Assembly: GCA_051362555.1 (NCBI GenBank)
Contig: CM120643.1
Span: 27,160,848-27,224,847 of the forward strand
Reading direction: 5' to 3'
Source: Lingula anatina
Taxonomy: Eukaryota; Animalia; Brachiopoda
DNA: 64,000 bases
Part shown: one piece after another, positions 50,399 to 61,090 of the stretch
How positions within the stretch are numbered: the first letter of the stretch is position 1
Layout: each line of letters starts with the position of its first letter
The notes under the pieces: model-generated
What the model saw: the letters and a program-made list of their open reading frames with translations, nothing else
What the model was told of the DNA's origin: nothing
The model's database searches: none
Program-made: the position numbers and the translations under genes

Positions 50399-51540
50399 AT
50401 GAGGACAATTCTGTATTTCTCTATCACACTGTTCATCACAGGTAAATATGTTCATCTTGTGGTTATTCTTACGCGGGACAGGCACAACATTATTACCCAG
50501 TGCGCAAGTGTTTTATCCATTTATCTCCTTAGTAGCTTGTTTATGAGTGTATTTCGCTTCTGTGTTCATTCATTTCCCCGTTCATTTCTCTGTGTTCATT
50601 TTCTTTTCCTTTTTATACATTTGTAGTTACTTTTCATTCTTGTCTATACTTCTTTCCTCAATCGTCATCCCCCTCTCTCTATTTATATTTATCTATCTAT
50701 TGTAATTGGCACATTTAAGATAAACATAAAGCACATACCCAATGGTCAATTTTCAGGTGTCCACTGCAATGAGGACTTGGATAGACTGACTGAGCACGTG
50801 ACAGCTCGGTCCAAACCTCTCGTGATGCCGGTGTCCAGGGATACTGGACGCGTTACGGTCACTGCCCAGATGTACTTAAGCCAGATTTTTAATTTAGTAG
50901 GTTTATTGCATTTCCCACCTTCGTTGGTTTACTTGTTTGTGGACAGGGTATCTCAAAACGTTCTGCACAGATTTTAAACTAATTTGTATGGCACATGACC
51001 CTCCAAGGATAGATTACGGGGTATTTTTAAGAGTAAGCGGCAGACACTATTTTCTTAAGTAATGATATAAGCTGTTACGATTTTTCAATTCTAATAATGA
51101 CTTCTAAAAACAGTTCAGTAACGGGGGCTTTACGTTTTGTGTAAGACACTCGTATAAATGCCATAAAAGTTCTGCTTTAAGCCGAGGGAACGCTTTGGGG
51201 TTTGAAACAGTGTACTGTGAAATTAATAACGTGTTTTAAGATTGTCATTAATTTTTTTCGGATACGTGCTTTCGAAGAGTAAAGTTTCAGCTGCCTTTAC
51301 GTTGACCACGGCTCAAGACTGACAGGCAGATCTACCGGGGTAGATCAGTTGTCCCTATCACAAAATCATGTCAAACAAAAAGTCTTTATAGTAACCAATG
51401 TGCTCTCTGTGATCGTACTATGTTTCAATTCAGGACGAGGTGCACCAGCTGTTGTCATTTTCAGCTATCTTCCTAGTGGTAAGTAAATGTGGGCTCACAG
51501 AGAAAAATGCTTGCATCTTATGAGACTAATGAAATTGTTT

Positions 51541-51624
<84 letters not shown>

Positions 51625-52226
51625 TTTTTTTTTTGCAATTACTTTAATTTTTAAATTGTGAAAAATTTTTCCTAGACACTTATTCCAATTTAATTTGACT
51701 CTTAATCTAACTTGATTAACGATAGTGCATGTTCTTGGCAATAAGACAACAACCCAGCAGGCGTAGTGACGATGGATCAACGTTGAAAACGGGTTGTGAC
51801 GTTGAATTGCCGTTGATCTACCTAAATTCAACGTAAAATCAGCGTTGATCCAGCCACGTCAAATCACCGTCATAATGTGACGTTGACTCAACGTTGTTGT
51901 TTAGTCGTCGTCATGCAAGACATGGATTGAAATTTAAAATATTAAATATTGAAAATGTGATACTTTGTTTATCAATAATGTAACTAACTTCATCAAAATA
52001 TTAAAAACGGTGTTTTAAAGTAAAAGTGACAGTTGTTTTGTGTCTTAAGTGAACTAGTGAATTTTCTTAACTTGTTATTCAGAAATACATTCCAATAAAC
52101 TTCCTCGCAAGGTCAGCTAACACTAGGATGAATAAGTCGCTGTAAATTTGATGAAATGAAGTTAACAAAGGTGACAGTTCTCGGTACACTGTTATAGATA
52201 GAAAGGTGGAAGTGACTGTGACTTTG

Positions 52227-52268
<42 letters not shown>

Positions 52269-55200
52269 CTAAACCTTGGAAACCCTTACTTAAAGGCTAT
52301 ACATACATGTATATACCCTACATATATTTAGCCATTAAACATGTCCTACTGCTAAACACATCCAGGCTAAAAGGGTGTACCATGCTTAGGTGCAAAACAT
52401 GCTAAGGAGCTGAATGCGTTGAAAAAAATCAGACAAAGCAGGCACTTGGATGTTTTTACAGTGTACGTTATAATTGTGTACCTGTGGTTTGAACCAAAAG
52501 TAAAAACATTTCAGGTAATTTTAATGTCTTTTCATGCAAGAATGTTGTCTAACAACTGGGGTTGATACAATGTTGTTATCTGACGTTGATACAACGTTGT
52601 TATTTGACGTTGATACAACTTTCAAATCCGTCTTATCAACGTTATGGTTCAACGTTGTTTCAACGTTAAAACAACATAATTTGCCCGCTGGGAAGAGGAC
52701 CATCACCAAGGTCAAAATGCATGTGTTTTTATTGAAATAAGAAACAAATGTGCTTTTCCATTCAAACCTGACTCTAGAAATGGAACGACCGACGCTTGGC
52801 ATGGAACGCCTCAGAATATGGAAATATTTCCAGCATTGCTCTGCCTCTGTCGTCATTGTGGATTCCTGACTTGGAGATATCGAACAGGTAAAGGTATTTT
52901 GTAATTTTGTATTTACTAGTACGTGTACATGAAATCAGTTTATATTTGTTTAATTTTATCATTAACATATTTTTTTGTTCATTAATGTACGTATTTATCA
53001 GTAATACATAATACTTGCAAAGAAATGTGTGTTCTCATTTTATGCCAAGTACGCTGCAAGTAGCTGAGTTCTGAGTTGTGTATTTATCATCTTCCCACCA
53101 GCAGCGACCCATGGCAACACCGAGGCCTATCATTTCATCACCACTGCACTGAGTTCTAAACTTCATTCAGAACGCCAATATCATGCTTTGCTGAAATACC
53201 TCATGTATACCTCATATTAACCATGTGCTCTTATCTTAAAAGGCGGTATATAATGAAAATAATTGGAATTCTTAAACATTAAGAATTACAGCTGAAATAA
53301 GTATGTATTAAAAAGAAAAACATCATATTTTTTTTTTACTTTATCGTTTCCAGTGCAGACGAGAATACATTGCTTTACAGGAGCTCTGGTCCGGCTAATT
53401 CCGTAAAATGTCGGATATTTTCGGACGGTAACGTGCAGTGGACGCCGCATCGCAGGCTATTGACTGTGTGTACCGTAAATGTTTTAACTTATCCATATGA
53501 TTACCAAGACTGTAACGTTGAGATTCACTCGACCACTATGACTGACGATGTCCTTGATCTACACTATAAGCCGGCTAATAACAATAACACTGTTGATGAG
53601 GACCTCTCGGATGATGATCATTACGATTTAACTCTATCCTCAACATGGACACTGGTGGCCAGTAATGTCACGAAAGTCCATCACCATACCGACCATGACA
53701 GGATTACCTATCTGATATATTCCATTCGTATTCAGCGCCGGTTCTCGTTTTTCTCTCTGGTAATGCTGTTGCCGTGTGTGCTCCTGGCGGCGCTTACTCT
53801 GACTATATTCTGGTTATCACCGCAGACGACAGACAAGATGTCCATGGGTAGGTTTTCCTTTCTTAGCTTTACCAGGAAGCACACATTTGGAAACCTCGGG
53901 TCATTATGCATATGAATCTTGGTAACTTGCTTCTGAGATGCTTTGCTGTCTTAGCATTTAAAATAAAAATATCACTAAAATGTCACTAAATGTCAAATGG
54001 CAATTCACTTTTTCATACTTATTCATCAAATTTTGTTTGCAAATAACAGTAGCCAATATAGTACCTGCAATTTTGAAAATTTATATTACATGTATTAATT
54101 GCAAATAGTGACATTTACATTTCAGACATTAAAAAGAGTGTTATTGTATTTTCTGTTCATTTTAGGAATGGCAATATGGACGTGTTTTTGCGTGATTCTT
54201 CTTATTCTCGTTGAGGTTATTCCTGGAAATGGAAACGAACATCCAATGATAGGTAGGTATGGATTTACCCCGGTACTTGCACCTTACACAAGAAAACGCT
54301 TTATATTTTGGTTACATTTCATTACGTTTTTAAATTCAGTTTTATTAATTAATTAATTTATTTATTTATTATCACAAAGGAGTGGTTGCCCCCACAACAC
54401 AAACCCCACTCACTGACTACACCCAATGTTAACATAGTCATGCTACCTGTAATTGTAATCACATGAATAAGTGATAGATAAAAATGTTCACACGTTGTTG
54501 TTAATCACTCAGACTGAGTTGAAACGATATTTAAATTTTCTTACACCTTTTCCTTTTCCAGGATTTTTCTTTGTCATCAACCTGGTTCTGGTAACCGTCA
54601 CAATGATCGTCACAGTGATCACAAACAGGATACGAGAGGCTGATACCCCCGTTTCTCCATGGCTTAAAATGGTAAGACGTATTTTATTTCACCATAGTTT
54701 GTTTCATTTATAAATTACTTCATTATAGTTACAGGTCGTGTCGTTTTAACGGTATTAAAACACATTTTTTCATAATCCATATTTGTTTTAATTCAGATTT
54801 CTTCAAAGTTTTTAAAAACTTCATTCCATCCCGTCTGCATGTTTTTGACGTTTCGTCTAGGGTGTTAATGATTCAATTTTTACCCATTTGAGGTGGCTTT
54901 TTTAATGGAATCTAGTTGAAGACCCTGACGACTAATCAGCAATTTGATCCACTTCATTGGAAAGACATAAATAAATCAAATACCATTTGGTACACATATT
55001 ATCAAGAAAGATGCTTGTTTGGTTGTAATATATATATGCATTTCTTTTCTTTTTAAATCATTTAATTTACTTATATATTTTTTGTATCGGAATGGTCTTG
55101 TATAATACGCCTCCTATCTTTCTGCATAAAAGGATCTCATGAATTGGTCATGTATGCATCTTTACAGATAGCCTTTAGTGTGCTTTCGCCACTGCTGTGT

Positions 55201-55545
55201 ATGAAGATGCCATGTAAGCAGAAAGCCAGCCTCATCGACCCAGCTAAAAGCGGCACCGTCCCTGGGGAATGCTTACCTGACGTGACCTCCGCACCGAATA
55301 CTGAAGACCAAATCTTAAATACAGCACTGAACACAAGTGACCCCCTACTGGCCATCATACGTCACAAGCAACTACTGCGCATGCGTCAGAAGGAAACTAA
55401 AGAGAAAATAGAGGAGGAGCGGCGAAAGGTGGCAGCAGTGTTCGACTGTTTATTTTTCTGGCTATTTTTAATTGGGTTGCTGGGAGTTTGCTATTGGATT
55501 GGCACCACAATCCGTAACAACACTTTTTCTAACATAAAGCAATAA
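50399..55545 (+). CDS. Divergent nAChR-like Cys-loop channel subunit, copy E (second subtype; about 468 aa, 8 exons)
   Basis: Exons 50399-50441, 50757-50896, 51434-51478, 52778-52887, 53354-53847, 54166-54252, 54562-54671, 55168-55545. WNDRRLAWN, WIPD, Cys-loop CTVNVLTYPYDYQDC, M2 TDKMSMGMAIWTCFCV, M4 VAAVFDCLFFW. Confidence 0.9.
51546..51618. repeat. (TA)n microsatellite
   Basis: Directly visible; absent at the equivalent site in copy F. Confidence 0.95.
51753..52692. mobile_element. Non-autonomous DNA transposon (EnSpm/CMC-like) in intron 3 of copy E
   Basis: Ends CCCAGCAGGC / GCCCGCTGGG, probable 2-bp TSD AA, and many subterminal CAACGTTG repeats. The empty site is in copy F (about 62835-62865). 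Confidence 0.75.
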
Positions 55546-56517
55546 CCATGCAGCGACTGACAGTATATGTACTGTACGTCATAGCTTGGACCCATTAGAA
55601 ACCATGGTCTGAGGATTGTTGCACGATATTTCAAAAGTGACTTTTTGCAAAGTAGTGCAGGTCACTTGGTCTGTTATCTCAATTATGCATTTAAATTAAT
55701 CTTTGATTTTTACCATAGGACATCTAATGGGTCTAACCATACATCAAATACAAGAACGTATCATCGGACATGAGAAAAGATAAATTCCTAATTGAATTAT
55801 CCGACTATTTATTTATTTGCCTTTATTTTCATTTTTATATAATAATTCATGTTTGATAATCAGACATTGAACATGCCAATGTATTCAAAATTTATTAGAG
55901 CCCAGGGTGTTTTCTGTGCGATAAAAGTTATATTTATGCCAATGCAATTGTATAATGCATTATTAGACCTACCGAAGGGTAGTATTTATACAATAGTGTT
56001 GTTGTTATTGAAGGTTGCAGTCATCTTTCAAATACCAAGTTCTGTATAGAACCATTGCTCTTCGATAACAATACATACAACAGAAAACAAATTCGAATAA
56101 ATTCAATAAATACAATAAATTCAATGATGCTACCAAAACACTAGGCGAATTTAGAAGGAAAGTTTAAAAGAAATAATACAACTTTTCAAGCCCTTTTGTC
56201 TGCACGCTCCAAGCTTAAGGTAAATGTAATCGTCTACTGAAAGCGCAAATATACGTTAAAATACTTGCTATATATACCCTGTAGTATTAAAAGTGTAAGT
56301 GTTTAATATTCTAATTGTTGTTGTCATAACTATTATTATAAAATAAAACGTTTTCATCGTATGAACAATTTAAATCACCATTATTGGTCCTTTCTCTACT
56401 GTTTGCAGATTGAAAACAACGTACCTGTTATAACGATTTTTGAAACACTGTTTAGTCCACTTTTAAGGTGTAAAAACTATTGTGTTACAGTAAAAGTAGT
56501 ATCACAAGTGTAAGCTA

Positions 56518-57352
56518 TTATTAGGATTCCCCGTAGGGGAATACTATTGTTTTTGGTAGTATTATAGTTATTATTATTATTCTTTCCGCGCGTTTTTTTT
56601 CGCGAAAAATCTGAAATAATTTACATAGGTAGCCTATGGTAAGAATATGCCATAGACCCAGTTTCAGTGACCTTGACCTACTTTTCAAGGTCACAGAGGC
56701 TTTTAAAGGCAAAATTTGTAAAATTTGAAATTGACATTAGGCCTTAAGTATAAGCCGTATGGCTATGGGCCTTATGGTCAGTGATACTGAGGTGAATCCA
56801 CATAAAATGACCTACTTTTATGCAAGTAGGTCAAGGTCAAGGTCGCTAATGGCCAAATGGGCTCAAAAAAGGTTTGTTTCCGAGATCTCGGAAACCGGAA
56901 GTCTCAGAGCCCCGGTCATAGTGGCAAATGATGCCCTATATATTTATCTAAGGTTAGCCGTACTTTGGTAGCGACTGCTTAATCACTTTTTTTAATATAG
57001 ATTTTTTAATATTTATGACATTGCAGAAATCTTGAGTTTGGCAGTTTCTCCACGAAACACTGGTTTTTGGTCATAGCATGCTATAGTAAACTACCCCAAA
57101 CATATACCCAAAACCCCCAAATCAAATGTCAAATTTGACCTTGACCCTCATTTTCAAGGTCTTTTGGTTATTTCATGGAGAAATATTGAAGTGGGCTAAA
57201 ATTGATGTTTTGTTGACCCCCCCCCCCCCAATTCGCACAGAATATGGGGTCAAATTTAACCCATGACCTTCACTTGACCTTGAAAGAGCCTTTCCACACC
57301 TATTTTGCAGGGGAATCCTCCGCCACTGGCTTAAGCCAGTTGCAGTCTAGTT
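56518..57352 (+). mobile_element. Non-autonomous Helentron/DINE-1-like (HINE) element, family 2
   Basis: 5' AGGATTCCCC with adjacent inverted GGGGAAT, (TTA)n, internal TGACCTTGACC repeats, 3' GGGGAATCCT, hairpin ACTGGC-TTAA-GCCAGT and a CTAG-TT end. Confidence 0.7.
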
Positions 57353-57605
57353 ATTATTATTATTATTATTATATGGGCTTTAAAATCCTAATATGTTTAA
57401 TATGCTTCATGATGTCTATTTATTTAGCTCGATAAAACGTTTTTAAATGTCATTATAGCAACGCAGGCTTTCATTATCATATTTTTTTCTGTGTAAGAGT
57501 GTAAATCTTCTTTTACGTTTTGTTTCTTGAATGCATGTATAAACAATAAAAATCACGTGTGTTGTTTCTTTCTCTTCTGTCTGCAGATTTCGAACTGTGT
57601 ATACC

Positions 57606-57642
<37 letters not shown>

Positions 57643-57818
57643 TTAACTGTTTAATCCACTTTTAATATGTTAAAGCTCATTGTGTTATAGTGAGAGAAGA
57701 AATTTGTTTTCGTGGACAGATGCATAAGGGCGAAACTAAATCTCTTTTCTCTCTCATTGCCATCTTTAACATAAAACCGCGCGTAATACTTCTGCATTGT
57801 AACAGAAAAGCAATCAGA

Positions 57819-58047
57819 AACTAGAAAAGCACTCCGACAGCACAGACCTCCGCCAAGGAAGCAATTTTTTATTATTATTGACTATTGATTGATTTTCGTT
57901 CCGGATCACCATCAAAAACTAATTATCTGTACCTTGGCCCACTTCTGACAGTTCCTGAAAATTTCATCAAAATCGGTCCATAACTTTTCGACTTATGTTG
58001 ATGACACAAAAACAGGGGTGAAAACATAACCTCCTTGGCGGAGGTAA
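57819..58047 (-). mobile_element. HINE family 1, second copy (shorter, microsatellite reduced)
   Basis: Reverse complement of 8573-8923, including both CCTCCGCCAAGG subterminal repeats and the CTAG end. Confidence 0.8.
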
Positions 58048-58406
58048 AAACAGCATACGGTAGAATTTTGCAAGTTGTTTTATTGAGCGTACATTCACGT
58101 CATGTGATCCTGTTAATTAGGGCACCTGGTGCAACATTTGGTTATTGATTGCAATTAAGATGAATGAAATTGTGGGGAATAGAAATCTGATAACGTACTT
58201 TTTGCTTTAAAATATCTTGAACGAAATTTGCATTCGCTAAGATCTTGATTCAGTTTGAAAATAGTTTTCAAAAACTAATTACTGATCCAAGATGCACTAG
58301 TATTTATTTGCCATCATAAACCCTTTAGGTAGCCATTAAAATAGGGTGGCTGGTACATTATAAGCCAATATCAATTTTTAGTGTGCGTCACATCAGGTGT
58401 AGTTTT

Positions 58407-59163
58407 TTATGAAGCTATCAGATATCCGGAGAAGGTCGACCAATAGTTCCACAAAGTTGGGTTCGGGTCACGAACATGATTAACCCGAAGATTTATCTCC
58501 TCCCATTTTTCACACTGAACGATGACGGAGTTGGACCCGCTGTTGTGATCTCCGTGACTCTTGGCAAGCAGAAGCATCAGATTCTTCCCTGCTTTCTTGC
58601 TGCTGCGTAACGTAACCTCGACTCTTCCGCCGTTGTGTGACGTCAGAATGGTTGCCGTAAAAAAGTAAGTGCCAGAAACAGGACAGGTGAAACGCCCGGA
58701 TGTTGGGTCGTACGCGTTTCCAATGTTGGTGATGACGCCAGCAAACACTAGATCGTCGTTTCTTTTAACTTGAGGAGAAGTGGTAAGCTGTGCCGAAAAT
58801 GCGACAGTCGGCACACCTGTAAAACCAAACAAGGTTTTTATACATTTGATAGAATAGGGTACTATACATGTGAGCGCATGTACGCACAATGTGTATGGGG
58901 TAGAGAAAGAGAGAGAGAGATGAATGCACGCATACAATGAAAAGAGAGACAGAAGCAGAGAAAGATACGTAGGTCTTACCACATTTTGCAGTAGCGTTAA
59001 CCAACAGAATATCATTTTGCAGCCTTTCCAACCAGGTAAAGATAACGTTTCTGAAAGCCTCCAGACCCCGGACCCGTTCCTCTATTCCTTCTTCTTGTGG
59101 AGTACATGTAGAATCACAACCAGCAATTAATAGGACCACTAGAAAATAGCAACCCCAAGACAT
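58407..59163 (-). CDS. Secreted C1q-domain-containing protein (about 197 aa, 2 exons)
   Basis: Exons 59163-58980 and 58816-58407 (GT-AG, phase 1). Signal peptide MSWGCYFLVVLLIAGC and a short helical region. Globular C1q motifs VAFSA, VITNIGNAYDPTSGRFTCPVSGTYFF, SGSNSVIV, STFSGYLI. No collagen repeats. Confidence 0.9.
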
Positions 59164-60174
59164 AACTGCACACTTGATCCAATGGTACATATGCATGTAA
59201 CAGACAGGAACGCAAAATGAGAATTGGCGAAACCGTAATCTCTTCTTCTTTAACTCCAGTTGCTCAATGAGTAAGCGTATTATGGCCTAAGTTTTATCAC
59301 TGTGAACAGGATGCTGTTGCCCTAGTTTTAAATTGTTGTTTATTTTACATTCGACCCGGACACAAGGCAACAGTCAGTTAATAAAAGGATCATATATCAC
59401 ACATATGCCTTATTGCCGAAATGACCTTCTAAGCACCTTAAACCAAACACTAGAAATGAATGATACAAATTAATGGCACAGAATGTGTAGTTACAGGAAC
59501 GTGCGCCAGAACACGAACATGTACGTTGACTGTTTTGTTGTATAGAGAGGAGATGAAGAAAAGTAAAACACTTATTGCTGTATGTATACACTTAACAAAC
59601 GTGTCACTTTTTCCTAACGTCATACATCTGTAGAAATCACAGTGAAACAATTGATTTGGGGGGGTACCTGTTATAAATGTCACTAAATAGTATAAAATAT
59701 ATTCTTTTCATCCTTTTTTTTTTTTTTTTTTTTTTGTATTTTTTGAATGTATAGCCTGTAGTAAAATCCTCGTATAAAAACAATGAATCGACCTCCATCA
59801 TTACAAGTAAACTTTCTGAGAACAAAAGAGTCAGTAAAATACATCAGTAATGCATTTCCTTCAGGCATGTTGTTGGCGTAACAATTGGAAGATATGGACT
59901 GGGCGCAAGATAATTCCTTCCCGAATAACACTTCAACTACATTTAACTTGATTTAGGGACGCGTCAAATAGCATTTCCGTAGGTTTAAATATTGACCGCA
60001 CTTACGTACGTTAAATACACAGTTCGATACGTTTTTTGTGATATCTGATATGTGTATTTTGAAACCAAATGATAGGACATCCCCAGGAAGAGTATTTGCT
60101 ACCCTGTGTCATTTACTGTTTTATAAATTATTTACTCTAGTACTTTATCCAAAAAAATATAATTTATGTTGTAA

Positions 60175-60219
<45 letters not shown>

Positions 60220-61090
60220 AAAAGGCTTTTCAAATAAACAAATAACATGATTGGGGTATCGTTATTATTACTGCAAATGTGAAGCACGTTCTTTATTACC
60301 TGACAAGAAAGTTTTAATCAATTTTATTTATTTATAAAATTATAATTAGATGTTCACAAATAATATATCATTAATGTCACTGACAAAATATGGTCAACGG
60401 TATATACTAACAAAGTGTGCAGTATATGCATCAGTTTGATTTTCCGTAGACTCGTTCATCAATTGAAAGAGGAATGTCACGCACTTGCCTTGTGGAAAAT
60501 CCATTTCTTTTTTAAACAATCCCATATAGCGGCATACAGAGGTCTTGGGTGGGAAATGCGTGAGTGGTGGCGTCAAACCAATTGATTATCTTTCCATCCA
60601 TGGGTCGATAATTCACGCATTTATCTAAATCACTTTTCTGATTGAAACCCTTTTTAAAAAGACCTAAAAGTATTGATCTTGTATTATAACATGTAAAAGC
60701 CTTTTCTAACATTTGAGGCCCATTAGTCTGTGATGAGCTTTTGTTAATGATTAGGCAAACAGGATGCCGAACATCACAGATATACACTCTGAAGATTGAA
60801 TGTTGGGATTGCAATTTGCAGATGACACATGGTTTCCAAACAGAGCAATGCTCATTACTTCACCCTGGGGAATTCAGAATCGAGTCACCTGTGTTTTAAT
60901 CGTTTCCTTTCTGTTGCATATTGCTTCTAGTTTGCTAGTTCAAATATATTTAAAGAGTTTTTATTTCCGTTTGGGCGTATTGTTCAGTATCAAGGTAAGA
61001 GCACTGCGTATTTATATGACTTGGTGTTCTGTTATCGTCAATTAGAGAACGACTACCGTCAGGACAGCAGTCAGCATGAGATCAATCACC

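Larger units (their letters stand above)
49040..53880 (+). repeat. Segmental duplication unit (upstream region plus copy E), repeated at about 59750-64000
   Basis: Colinear high similarity starting at ATAGCC..GTAAAATCCTCGTA.AAA..CAATGAATCGACCTCC (49043 and 59751) and running through exon 5. Confidence 0.9.

Noticed and set aside
52555-52670. Repeated ACGTTGATACAAC units as a CRISPR-like array
   Set aside because: Eukaryotic context, no unique spacers, no cas genes; these are transposon subterminal repeats.
56340-57700. Two similar AATAAA-containing blocks (about 56340-56500 and 57540-57700)
   Set aside because: Looks like a diverged local duplication around the HINE; no evidence of function.
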